Source: Ruminococcaceae bacterium UBA6416
GTDB taxonomy: Bacteria > Bacillota > Clostridia > Oscillospirales > Acutalibacteraceae
DNA length: 64,000 nucleotides
NCBI GenBank assembly: GCA_002438505.1
Contig: DJPI01000010.1
Location: 24,487 to 88,486 of the forward strand
Reading direction: 5' to 3'
Notes under the pieces: model-generated
Databases searched by the model: none
The model's input: the letters and a program-made list of their open reading frames with translations, nothing else
Told to the model about the DNA's origin: nothing
Shown: positions 1 to 9,029 of the stretch, in pieces
Position numbering within the stretch: the stretch's first letter is position 1
How the letters are laid out: every line of letters starts with the position of its first letter
Made by a program: the position numbers and the translations under genes

Positions 1-866
1 TCAAGTCCGCTTTTGAATATGCAAACGAGCATTTCCATCTCAACCTTTCAAGCAGTGATATGGATCTTTCTCCGCTCGCCGTTGGCGGAACAAACACCGG
101 CGTAACAACGCTTGAAATGGCCGCCGCCTTTGCAACATTCGGAAACGGCGGAAAATATTATAAGCCCTACAGCTACTATAAGGTTCTTGACCGCAACGGA
201 AAAACGCTGCTTGACAACACAAAGAACGAGCCGGAAAGGGCAATCAAAACCGCAACGGCCAACTCCATGCTTTCAATGCTCACAAAGGCCGTCACTCAGT
301 CCAACGGTACCGGCTACGGCTCATACATTTCCGGTTTCCAGACCTTTGCAAAAACCGGAACAACGTCTGAAAACTGCGATAAGTGGTATTGCGGCGGAAC
401 TCCATACTATGTAACGGCCGTCTGGTACGGTTATGATTACCGCGCCGATTTGCACACGGGCTCGAGCAATCCCGCAAAAACCATTTTCCGCGAGGTGTTC
501 AGCACGATTCACAAAGGACTTGAAAGCAAGACCTTTGCAGACGTCATTGAAGAAACCGGCGGAGAAAAGGGAGATGCAAACATCTTTGTTTCCACCGACC
601 CTGTTGTGACCTCAGAGCTTGACACAACCGAGGATGAATCAACAACGGAAAGCACAACAAGGAACCGCACAACCGAACCGAAAACAACAAAGCCAAGGAG
701 TACAACCGAACCGACCACGGCACCGACCACGGTACCGCCGACAACGATGAATCCGCCTTCAACAAAGCCTTCAACAACCGAACCGACCACAGCTCCGACA
801 ACAACCGAACCGCCGACTTCAAAGCCGGAGCCTTCCTCATCCTCGGCTGAAGAAGGCGGCGAATAA
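1..866 (+). CDS. Class A penicillin-binding protein, C-terminal part (gene starts upstream of window) with Thr/Pro-rich tail
   Basis: Open from nt 3 in frame with ORF 60..866. Transpeptidase-type motifs LAVGGTNTGVTTLEMAAAFATFGNGG and KTG box (FAKTGTTSE). The last ~80 aa are TEPTTAPTT-like low complexity. Confidence 0.8.
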   Translation, partial: KSAFEYANEHFHLNLSSSDMDLSPLAVGGTNTGVTTLEMAAAFATFGNGGKYYKPYSYYKVLDRNGKTLLDNTKNEPERAIKTATANSMLSMLTKAVTQSNGTGYGSYISGFQTFAKTGTTSENCDKWYCGGTPYYVTAVWYGYDYRADLHTGSSNPAKTIFREVFSTIHKGLESKTFADVIEETGGEKGDANIFVSTDPVVTSELDTTEDESTTESTTRNRTTEPKTTKPRSTTEPTTAPTTVPPTTMNPPSTKPSTTEPTTAPTTTEPPTSKPEPSSSSAEEGGE

Positions 867-878
867 GGGGAAAAGAAG

Positions 879-1289
879 ATGGTGATTCTTTCTGTTGATT
901 ACGGAGATGCAAGAACGGGACTTGCCGTTTGTGACAGACTTGAGATGCTTGCCTCACCCGTTGGCGTGATTTTTGAAAAATATGAGCCGAAAGTTCTTGA
1001 ACAGGTTAAGCTTGCCGCGGAAAAGACAGGGACACAGCACATTGTTGTCGGACTTCCGCGCAACATGGACGGCTCATTCGGCGAACGCGCCGAAAAATGT
1101 GCGGCCTTTGCCGCAAAGCTGCAGGAGCTTACCGGAATTAAAACCGAAACATGGGACGAACGGCTGACAACGGTCAGCGCCCACCGTGCGCTCAATGAGG
1201 TCAATGTCCGCGGAAAAAAGCGAAAGAACATTGTTGACGCCGTTTCCGCCGTCATGATTCTTGAGGATTTTCTCAAGTCAAGAAGCTGA
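879..1289 (+). CDS. ruvX: Holliday-junction resolvase-like nuclease RuvX/YqgF
   Basis: 136 aa. N-terminus MVILSVDYGDARTGLAVCD and overall length match the YqgF/RuvX family. Confidence 0.88.
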   Translation: MVILSVDYGDARTGLAVCDRLEMLASPVGVIFEKYEPKVLEQVKLAAEKTGTQHIVVGLPRNMDGSFGERAEKCAAFAAKLQELTGIKTETWDERLTTVSAHRALNEVNVRGKKRKNIVDAVSAVMILEDFLKSRS

Positions 1290-1300
1290 AAAACGAACAA

Positions 1301-1334
1301 GGGGCTGTCGCAAAATGCGACAGCCCCCTTTCTC
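1301..1334 (+). terminator. Intrinsic terminator after ruvX
   Basis: Hairpin ggggctgtcgc-aaaa-tgcgacagcccc followed by a T-rich tract. Confidence 0.5.
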
Positions 1335-1412
1335 TGCGTTCGGCTTTCTGACCGTTTTCGGGTGCTTTGGAGCTCAGGCTTTTGAACAGTAAATAATTAA
1401 GTGCCGTGAAAC

Positions 1413-1441
1413 TTGCTTTTTTCCTGCCAATGTGATATAAT
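1413..1441 (+). promoter_or_regulatory. Sigma-A type promoter of the opp operon
   Basis: TTGCTT, 17-nt spacer, TATAAT, with a TGn extended -10 (tgtgatataat). Confidence 0.5.
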
Positions 1442-1578
1442 ACCGTATAATTACCTGCGGCAAATCAGTCGGCTGCGCCCGTGAAGAACCAAACAAAGCC
1501 TGCAGCGGGCAATTTTGGGCTTTTTGCCGTCCCGGAGAGACTTCGGAGATTATATGAAAAAACAGGAGTTGAAGATGA

Positions 1579-2496
1579 TTGGCTAAGTACATTTGCAAGC
1601 GCGTGGCTATGGGAATACTCAGCATATTCATTGTTGCCTCGCTCACATTCCTTTTGATGAACCTTGTTCCCGGCGGGCCGTTCGTTGCCGAAAAATCAAT
1701 GAGTGCGGCGGCGCAGGAAGCCCTTAACGAAAAATACGGGCTGAACAAACCGCTTTATGAGCGATATCTTACCTATATGTCAGACCTGCTTCACGGCGAT
1801 ATGGGTCCGAGCCTCAGACAAAGAGGTCGACAGGTGTCCGACATCATTTTTTCAAAGTTTCCCGTTTCGGCCAAGCTTGCCGGAATTGCCGTCACGGTTG
1901 CGCTGCTTCTCGGAATTCCGATGGGGTGCCTTTCGGCGTACAGCAGGGGAAAGTTTTTGGACAATTTCATCATTGTGCTTGCAACGTGCGGAATTGCCAT
2001 CCCGAGCTTTATCAGCAGTGTAATTTTGCTTTATACCTTCGGAAGCAAGCTGAATTTGCTGCCGACCATAGGACTGAACACCATGTCCTCATATATAATG
2101 CCCGTTACGGCTCTTGCAATTTACCCGACCGCATATATAACGCGCCTCATGCGTTCAAGCCTTCTTGATGTTATGGGTCAGGATTATATCCGCACGGCGA
2201 AGGCGAAGGGACTTTCAAACTTCAAGGTTCTTTTCAAGCACGCGCTGCGCAACGCAATTTTGCCCGTTGTCACTTATGTTGGCCCGATGCTTGCAAGCCT
2301 TATGACCGGTTCGTTCATCGTTGAAAAAATCTTCACCATTCCCGGTCTCGGCCGCGACTTTGTTTCGGCCATCAACCAGCACGACTATACCCTCATTATG
2401 GGAACAACAATAGTCCTTGCAACACTTATTATTACCGCGAACGTGATTGTTGATATTCTTTATAAAATCATTGATCCGCGCATTAAACTCAAATAA
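1579..2496 (+). CDS. oppB: Oligopeptide ABC transporter permease
   Basis: TTG start downstream of AGGAG. Multi-TM protein with an OppB/DppB-like N-terminus (MAKYICKRVAMGILSIF) and a binding-protein-dependent permease core. Confidence 0.85.
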   Translation: MAKYICKRVAMGILSIFIVASLTFLLMNLVPGGPFVAEKSMSAAAQEALNEKYGLNKPLYERYLTYMSDLLHGDMGPSLRQRGRQVSDIIFSKFPVSAKLAGIAVTVALLLGIPMGCLSAYSRGKFLDNFIIVLATCGIAIPSFISSVILLYTFGSKLNLLPTIGLNTMSSYIMPVTALAIYPTAYITRLMRSSLLDVMGQDYIRTAKAKGLSNFKVLFKHALRNAILPVVTYVGPMLASLMTGSFIVEKIFTIPGLGRDFVSAINQHDYTLIMGTTIVLATLIITANVIVDILYKIIDPRIKLK

Positions 2497-2516
2497 AGGA
2501 GCGGAAGGAAAGAAAA

Positions 2517-3554
2517 ATGAAAAAAATACCGAGTCTTCATCTTAATCCCGATGACTTTCTTTCCGCAACGGCTGACGAAAAGGAAAGTCTCGTCATAATG
2601 CGCAAAAGCACAAACTTCTGGGCTGACGGTCTGCGCAGACTGCGCAAGAACAAGATTGCAATGGTGAGCCTTGCGTTCATTCTTGTTATTGTTGTTTTTG
2701 CATACATTCTTCCGCAGTTCTGGCCGTACAGCTATGAGCAGCAGATTCAGGGAAGCGAAAACCTTGCTCCCTTTGAATACGGCATTACCGAGCAGGAACT
2801 CATTGACAAGGGGGAGAGCGTTTTTCCCCATATCTGCGGAACCGATAAGCTCGGCCGCGATTTCGCCGTCCGTCTGATGATGGGAACAAGAATCAGCCTC
2901 ACGGTCGGTCTCATTTGCGCGGCGCTTGTTCTTCTTGTCGGCGCAACCTACGGCGCGGTTGCCGGTTTTGTTGGCGGCTGGGTCGATAACATCATGATGC
3001 GTATCACCGATATCCTTTATACGATTCCGGACATTCTTTTGATAATCATTCTTTCCCTTGCGCTCAAGCCTAAGCTTGAGTCGGTTTCCGAGCTTGCCGG
3101 TTTTGAATGGATGCAGCGGGTCGGACCGAATCTGATTTCAATTTTCCTTGTTTTTGTTTTGCTTTACTGGGTCAGCATGGCGCGTATCACACGCTCTCAG
3201 GTTCTTGTTCTCAAGGAATCGGAGTATGTTACCGCGGCGCGCGCCCTCGGTGCAAACGGCTCAAGAATCATCAGAAAGCATCTTTTAACAAACTGCATCG
3301 GAACCCTCATTGTTACAACGACCCTTCAGATTCCGTCGGCAATTTTCACGGAGAGCTATCTTTCCTTCCTCGGCCTCGGCGTTGCGGCTCCAATGCCATC
3401 GCTCGGCTCGCTTGCAACGGACGCAGTTAAGGGAATGAACACCTATCCGCACCTTTTGTTCCTGCCTGCGGTGCTCATCAGCGTTGTTATTCTTGCGTTC
3501 AACCTTTTCGGCGACGGACTGCGCGATGCATTCGACCCGAAACTTAAAAACTGA
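2517..3554 (+). CDS. oppC: Oligopeptide ABC transporter permease
   Basis: 345 aa. OppC-type N-terminal extension followed by 6 hydrophobic segments. Sits next to oppB and oppD. Confidence 0.85.
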   Translation: MKKIPSLHLNPDDFLSATADEKESLVIMRKSTNFWADGLRRLRKNKIAMVSLAFILVIVVFAYILPQFWPYSYEQQIQGSENLAPFEYGITEQELIDKGESVFPHICGTDKLGRDFAVRLMMGTRISLTVGLICAALVLLVGATYGAVAGFVGGWVDNIMMRITDILYTIPDILLIIILSLALKPKLESVSELAGFEWMQRVGPNLISIFLVFVLLYWVSMARITRSQVLVLKESEYVTAARALGANGSRIIRKHLLTNCIGTLIVTTTLQIPSAIFTESYLSFLGLGVAAPMPSLGSLATDAVKGMNTYPHLLFLPAVLISVVILAFNLFGDGLRDAFDPKLKN

Positions 3555-3572
3555 CAAAGGAGGACGGGAATT

Positions 3573-4568
3573 TTGGCTGAAAAACTTTTGGAAATTAAGG
3601 ACGAAAGACTCTCGTTCTTCACCCCTGCCGGCGAGGTCAAGGCGCTCAACGGCGTCTCGCTTTCAATGGAGCAGGGAGAGGTTCTCGGAATCGTTGGTGA
3701 ATCCGGCTCCGGAAAATCCGTAACCGCATACTCGGTCATGGGTCTTACCGCGTACCCCGGAAAGCTTATTGGCGGAACAATCCGATTTAACGGCCACAAG
3801 ATTGACGAAATGAGCGAAAAGGAGTTCCGCAAAATCCGCGGAAATGAGGTTTCAATCATTTTTCAGGATCCGATGACGAGCCTTAACCCGGTTTATACAA
3901 TCGGAAACCAGATAACGGAAGTTATTCTTCTTCATACAGATAAAACAAAAAAGCAAGCCCATGAACGCGCAAAGGAGCTTTTGGAGCTTGTTGGAATCAA
4001 TGAGCCGGAAAAGCGTCTCAAGCAGCATCCCCATGAGCTTTCCGGCGGAATGAGGCAGCGCGTTATGATTGCCATTGCCCTTGCGTGCGAGCCGAAGCTT
4101 CTCATTGCGGACGAGCCGACAACCGCTCTTGACGTTACCATTCAGGCGCAGATTCTGGAGCTTATGCAGGAGCTGCGCGCAAAGCTCGGAATGAGCATCA
4201 TCATGATTACCCATGACCTCGGCGTTGTTGCCAGTATGTGCGAGAAAATTGCCGTAATGTATGCCGGTCACATTGTTGAATACGGCACCGCGGATGAGAT
4301 TTTCTATAGCCCTAAGCATGAATACACAAAAGGACTCATCAAGTCCATTCCGAAGCTTAATGCAGAAAAAATTGAGCGTCTTGTTCCCATTGAGGGTCAG
4401 CCCGTTGACCTTCTCAATCCTCCGGCCGGCTGCCCGTTTGCGCCAAGGTGTGCAAGCTGCATGAAAGTCTGTCTGCGTGAAATGCCGCCGAAAACGGAGC
4501 TTTCCGAAACGCATTACAGCCATTGCTGGCTGCTCCAGAAAGAACAGTTTGAGAAAGGGGAGGACTAA
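3573..4568 (+). CDS. oppD: Oligopeptide ABC transporter ATP-binding protein
   Basis: TTG start 9 nt after AGGAGG. Walker A GESGSGKS, signature LSGGMRQR, Walker [13 protein letters not shown], and the C-terminal oligopeptide-type Cys motif GCPFAPRC. Confidence 0.9.
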   Translation: MAEKLLEIKDERLSFFTPAGEVKALNGVSLSMEQGEVLGIVGESGSGKSVTAYSVMGLTAYPGKLIGGTIRFNGHKIDEMSEKEFRKIRGNEVSIIFQDPMTSLNPVYTIGNQITEVILLHTDKTKKQAHERAKELLELVGINEPEKRLKQHPHELSGGMRQRVMIAIALACEPKLLIADEPTTALDVTIQAQILELMQELRAKLGMSIIMITHDLGVVASMCEKIAVMYAGHIVEYGTADEIFYSPKHEYTKGLIKSIPKLNAEKIERLVPIEGQPVDLLNPPAGCPFAPRCASCMKVCLREMPPKTELSETHYSHCWLLQKEQFEKGED

Positions 4569-4570
4569 GT

Positions 4571-5566
4571 TTGAGTAACAACGAAAAGCTTGTTCAGATT
4601 GAACATCTCCAGCAGTACTTCCCTGCCGGCGGAAGAGGAAAAAACAAAAAGTTTGTTCAAGCCGTTGATGATGTTTCCTTTTTCATCAACAAGGGTGAAA
4701 CCCTCGGTCTTGTTGGTGAATCCGGCTGCGGAAAAACAACGGTCGGCCGAACCCTTCTGCGCCTTTATGAGCCGACCGGCGGAAGGATTATCTATGACGG
4801 AAACGTCATTTTTGACAAGGAAAAGAAAATTGCCGTCAATATGCTTCCATATCGCAGAAAGATGCAAATGGTGTTCCAGGATCCGTATGCGAGCCTTGAC
4901 CCGCGCATGACGATAGGCGATATTGTCGGCGAGGCTATTGACATCCATAAACTTGCCGCGAACAAAGCCGAGCGGCGCGAGAGGATAATCTCCCTGCTTG
5001 AAACGGTCGGCCTCAACAGTGAACACGCCAACCGCTATCCGCACGAGTTTTCCGGCGGTCAGCGTCAGCGTGTCGGCATTGCAAGAGCGCTTGCCGTCAA
5101 TCCGGAATTTATTGTTTGCGATGAACCTGTTTCCGCTCTGGACGTTTCAATTCAGGCGCAGGTTGTCAATATGTTTGAAGACTTGCAGAAAGAATTGGGC
5201 TTGACCTATCTTTTCATTGCGCACGACCTCAGCATTGTTCGCCATATCTCAAACAGAATCGGCGTTATGTATCTCGGAAAGCTTGTTGAGCTTGCGGACA
5301 GCTTTGAACTCATTGCCCACAGTGTTCATCCCTACACAAGAAGCCTCATTTCCGCAATTCCGGAGGCTGACCCCAAAACCGCGCGCGCTTCAAAGCGCAT
5401 TCCGCTCCAGGGAGACGTTCCAAGTCCGCTCAATCCGCCCAGCGGCTGCCGCTTCAGAACGCGCTGCCCTTATGCGGACGAGCTTTGCGCAAAGGAATGC
5501 CCGGCGCTCAAAGAAGTAAGCCCCGGCCATTTTGCCGCGTGTCATCACCTTGACAAGGTGAACTGA
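4571..5566 (+). CDS. oppF: Oligopeptide ABC transporter ATP-binding protein
   Basis: TTG start after GGGGAGGA. Walker [17 protein letters not shown], Walker [14 protein letters not shown]-terminal GCRFRTRCP. Confidence 0.9.
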   Translation: MSNNEKLVQIEHLQQYFPAGGRGKNKKFVQAVDDVSFFINKGETLGLVGESGCGKTTVGRTLLRLYEPTGGRIIYDGNVIFDKEKKIAVNMLPYRRKMQMVFQDPYASLDPRMTIGDIVGEAIDIHKLAANKAERRERIISLLETVGLNSEHANRYPHEFSGGQRQRVGIARALAVNPEFIVCDEPVSALDVSIQAQVVNMFEDLQKELGLTYLFIAHDLSIVRHISNRIGVMYLGKLVELADSFELIAHSVHPYTRSLISAIPEADPKTARASKRIPLQGDVPSPLNPPSGCRFRTRCPYADELCAKECPALKEVSPGHFAACHHLDKVN

Positions 5567-5662
5567 TTTATTTTAGGTATTTGTTGCGCATTTTGCTTCT
5601 TACTGCGCAATGGATATATAAATTCTGGCTCAAGCCAAAAAAATCTAAAAGGAGATGCACCT

Positions 5663-7399
5663 ATGAAAACCAGAAGAATTATTTCAATCATTCTGGCCAT
5701 CGTGCTTGCTTTCTCGGCTCTTGCCTGCCTTTCCGGCTGCAACAATGGTGACGGAAACGACACAACTGCTGCCTCCGGCGAAAAGACCGATGCGGCAAAG
5801 CCCGATGGATCAAAGCCGGTTACGGTTCAGATTGGACCGAACACGGAAACTCTTGACCCGGCTCTCAACAGCGCTGTTGACGGCGGCAATATGCTCATCA
5901 CGCTGTTTGAGCCCCTGCTTATTATCGACCAGGATAATAAGGTTCAGCCCGGTCAGGCTGAAAAGTATGAAGTCAGCAAGGACGGTCTCACCTGGACTTT
6001 CACAATGCGTGACGGTCTTAAGTGGTCAGACGGCACCGAGCTCAACGCAAAGGACTTTGAATATTCCTTCAAGCGTTTGACAGACGTCGAGCTTGCCGCT
6101 CCGTATGCCGAAACCGTTATCGGTATGGTTGAAGGCTATAAGGATGCCATCGGCAATCCGGACAATGACGGCAAGACAACAACCACTCCCGACCCCGACA
6201 AGCTCAATGTTAAGGCCAGCGAGGATGGCAAGACTCTCACCGTTAAGCTTGCTTATCCGTGCTCATACTTTGACAAGCTTGCTGCTTTTGCAACTCTCAG
6301 CCCCGTTCAGAAGGCTACCGTTGAAAAGAACGGCGATGCTTGGGCAACAAAGCCTGAGACTTATGTCTGCAATGGTCCTTACATGATTGAAAAGTGGACT
6401 CCGAGTGAACGCATCGTCTGCAAGAAGAACGATAACTATAAGGGCGGCTGGGATTCTTCAAAGATCGTTACAAAGACCCTCAACTTCCTTCTTCTTGAAG
6501 ACTCAAGTGCTTCCTACACCGCATATACCGGCGGCGAAGCTCAGCTCATTAAGGACGTTCCGACCGAGGAAATTCCGAGCCTCAAGAAGGCAGAGGATGG
6601 CGGCGATTTCTATATTGACGCAAACCTTGGAACATATTACCTCAACATGAACATCAAAAAGGCTCCGTTTGACAATGTCAATGTCCGCAAGGCTCTCAAC
6701 CTTGCAATCGACCGTGAGTACATTGCAAACACCATCATGCAGGGTACCTACACTCCGGCATATAACTTTGTTGGCCCGGGCATCATTGATGCTGAGGACG
6801 GCAGCATGTTCTATGACGTTTCAGTGAAGGAAAACGGCGGAAAGACCTATATCAGCAATGACTTTGAGGCTAACCTTGAGGAAGCCAAGAAGGCTCTTGC
6901 CGAGGCAGGTTATCCCGATGGAAAGGGCTTCCCGACCATCACTTACTCAACCAACGATTCAGGCTACCATGTTGCTGTTGCCGAATACCTCCAGCAGGCA
7001 TATAAGAAGCTCGGCATCACCATGAAGATTGACAAGGTTGACTGGTCATCATTCACTCCGCAGCGCCGTGCAGGCGATTACGAAATGGCTCGTAACGGCT
7101 GGGTAATGGACTATAACGACGCTTCAAACATCATTGAGCTGTTCTATTCAACCAACGGCAACAACGATGGAAAGTATAGCAGCGAGAAGTTTGACAAAGC
7201 ATTTGACGCTTCCAAGGTTGCAGACAAGAAAGCACACTTTGCGGCTCTCCATGAGGCCGAAAAGGTTATGATGGAAGATTACGCTTGCATTCCCGTTGCT
7301 TATTACAATGACTTCTGGCTCCAGAGCCCGTCTCTTAAGGGTTCATGGCACAGCCCCTATGGTTATTGGTACCTCCAGTATGCTTACGTTGAGGGTTAA
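5663..7399 (+). CDS. oppA: Oligopeptide-binding lipoprotein (family 5 solute-binding protein)
   Basis: Signal peptide with lipobox ALACLSGC. 578 aa, a length and composition typical of OppA/DppA. Last gene of the opp cluster. Confidence 0.85.
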   Translation: MKTRRIISIILAIVLAFSALACLSGCNNGDGNDTTAASGEKTDAAKPDGSKPVTVQIGPNTETLDPALNSAVDGGNMLITLFEPLLIIDQDNKVQPGQAEKYEVSKDGLTWTFTMRDGLKWSDGTELNAKDFEYSFKRLTDVELAAPYAETVIGMVEGYKDAIGNPDNDGKTTTTPDPDKLNVKASEDGKTLTVKLAYPCSYFDKLAAFATLSPVQKATVEKNGDAWATKPETYVCNGPYMIEKWTPSERIVCKKNDNYKGGWDSSKIVTKTLNFLLLEDSSASYTAYTGGEAQLIKDVPTEEIPSLKKAEDGGDFYIDANLGTYYLNMNIKKAPFDNVNVRKALNLAIDREYIANTIMQGTYTPAYNFVGPGIIDAEDGSMFYDVSVKENGGKTYISNDFEANLEEAKKALAEAGYPDGKGFPTITYSTNDSGYHVAVAEYLQQAYKKLGITMKIDKVDWSSFTPQRRAGDYEMARNGWVMDYNDASNIIELFYSTNGNNDGKYSSEKFDKAFDASKVADKKAHFAALHEAEKVMMEDYACIPVAYYNDFWLQSPSLKGSWHSPYGYWYLQYAYVEG

Positions 7400-7445
7400 G
7401 TGATATTTTAACTTCAAAGCTAAAGCAAAAATAAAGGCTGTCCGC

Positions 7446-7484
7446 ATCTCTTTTCGGTGCGGACGGCCTTTTTCTGTAAATAAT
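7446..7484 (+). terminator. Intrinsic terminator after oppA
   Basis: ggctgtccgca ... tgcggacggcc stem followed by TTTTT. Confidence 0.7.
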
Positions 7485-7509
7485 GCGTAATATTTTTTAC
7501 ACATTTCCG

Positions 7510-7538
7510 TTGACAAACATTCACAGATACATTATAAT
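7510..7538 (+). promoter_or_regulatory. Consensus sigma-A promoter
   Basis: TTGACA, 17-nt spacer, TATAAT, about 60 nt upstream of the 7598 ORF. Confidence 0.65.
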
Positions 7539-7597
7539 TCAATTATAAGGGTGAAAGTTTCACCCGGTGTATTATAATCGAAACGGAGGATACCCAT

Positions 7598-8041
7598 ATG
7601 AAGAAAATTATTGCAGTTTTACTTTCGGTTCTGGTTCTTTTCTCTGCGCTGAGCGTTGTTTCCTTTGCCGAGGGTGAAGGCGAAGAGAAGCCCGTTTACA
7701 CAATCAAGTTTGTTGACTATGACGGAACACCGCTCGGCTCAAGACAGGTTCCCCACGGAGAAATTATCTCCGCTCCGGAAAATCCCGCAAGAGCCGAGGA
7801 TAAGGAAAACAAAATTGAATACATCTTCAAAGGCTGGTCAAGTGACGGCGGCGCAACAACATATTCCGCAAACACTCTTCCCATTGCAACGGCTGATGTC
7901 ACATACACCGCAGTTTACGCCGAAAACAAGAAGAGCGACAACCTCACCTTCTGGCAGCTTGTTGCTTCAATTTTTGCAAGAATTAATAAGATCTTTGAAT
8001 ATTTTGACAAGCTCTTTGATTTTGATTTCAAGCGTCCGTAA
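7598..8041 (+). CDS. Small secreted protein with one Listeria-Bacteroides (Flg_new-type) repeat and an aromatic amphipathic C-terminal tail
   Basis: Signal peptide MKKIIAVLLSVLVLFSALSVVSFA. YTIKFVDYDG...YIFKGWS...VTYTAVY matches the repeat pattern. The tail is LTFWQLVASIFARINKIFEYFDKLFDFDFKRP. Confidence 0.6.
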   Translation: MKKIIAVLLSVLVLFSALSVVSFAEGEGEEKPVYTIKFVDYDGTPLGSRQVPHGEIISAPENPARAEDKENKIEYIFKGWSSDGGATTYSANTLPIATADVTYTAVYAENKKSDNLTFWQLVASIFARINKIFEYFDKLFDFDFKRP

Positions 8042-8112
8042 CAACGGAAATTTTTAAATTATCGGTGGACTGCCGCATTTAGTGCGGATTAAAGAGCAAA
8101 ACCAAAAACACA

Positions 8113-8176
8113 AAAGACTATATCTCACATTTTGCAAAAAAGTCTAATGTTCTGTGAGGTATAGTCTTTGATTTTT
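8113..8176 (+). terminator. Long-stem terminator candidate
   Basis: 17-nt arms aaagactatatctcaca / tgtgaggtatagtcttt, then gaTTTTT. The loop is large. Confidence 0.4.
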
Positions 8177-8309
8177 GCAATTATCAAAAAGCATTTTGCT
8201 CTTTTAAGCGTTTTTTCCCGTTTGCAGTACCTGTGAACAGCTTTGGAACAAAGAAAACGCTTTCTGAATCTAAATGCAACAGCCCCTTTTTTGAACTGTG
8301 AGGAGAAAA

Positions 8310-8921
8310 ATGAAACAATTTTTTGCAATGTTTTCAAGAATGAAGTATATCAATCGCTGGGCGCTGATGAAAAACACGCGCAGCGAGAACCTGAGCGAGC
8401 ACAGCCTTGATGTTGCGGCAATAGCGCACGCGATTGCCATGATGAAAAATCTGCGCTTCGGCGGAAATTTGAATGCCGAACGCGCCGCCGTTCTCGGCCT
8501 TTATCACGATATGCCTGAAATTATAACCGGTGATATGCCAACTCCGGTGAAATACCACAGCAAAACGCTGCGCAAGGCTTTCAATGAGGTTGAAACCGAG
8601 GCCTGCTCACACCTTCTTTCAATGCTGCCCGATGATATGAGAGAAAGCTTCCGGCCGTACTTTTTCAAAAAAGAAGAGGATGAGTATCTTTGGAAAATTG
8701 TCAAAGCGGCGGACAAAATTTCTGCGCTCATCAAGTGCATTGAGGAGGAAAAAAGCGGGAATCATGAGTTTTCAAGCGCGCTTTCCTCAACAAAAAAAGC
8801 GATTGAAAAAATGAATCTTCCGGAGGCGGACGCTTTTCTTGAAGAATTCCTCGGGGCATACAGCCTCAATCTTGACGAGCAGAGCATCTGTGTTTCTCCG
8901 GCCGGAGAAAGTTCAGAATAA
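8310..8921 (+). CDS. HD-domain 5'-deoxynucleotidase (YfbR-like)
   Basis: MKYINRWALMKNTRSENLSEHSLDVA...LYHDMPEIITGDMPTPVK matches the YfbR-type HD hydrolase pattern. I prefer ATG 8310 (AGGAG upstream) over GTG 8298. Confidence 0.75.
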   Translation: MKQFFAMFSRMKYINRWALMKNTRSENLSEHSLDVAAIAHAIAMMKNLRFGGNLNAERAAVLGLYHDMPEIITGDMPTPVKYHSKTLRKAFNEVETEACSHLLSMLPDDMRESFRPYFFKKEEDEYLWKIVKAADKISALIKCIEEEKSGNHEFSSALSSTKKAIEKMNLPEADAFLEEFLGAYSLNLDEQSICVSPAGESSE

Positions 8922-9029
8922 TTAATTCAGAAAAAATTAATTGCTTTTTTCAGAAAGCACCTGTATAATAAAAGACACTATCTTTGCAAAAAGCCGGAAG
9001 GCTTCTTGCGGTATTAAGGAGTTGTAGAA

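Noticed and set aside
620-866. Repetitive acc/ccg-rich DNA as a possible minisatellite or CRISPR-like repeat.
   Set aside because: It is in frame within the PBP gene and encodes a Thr/Pro-rich linker (TEPTTAPTT). There are no spacers and no regular repeat-spacer periodicity.
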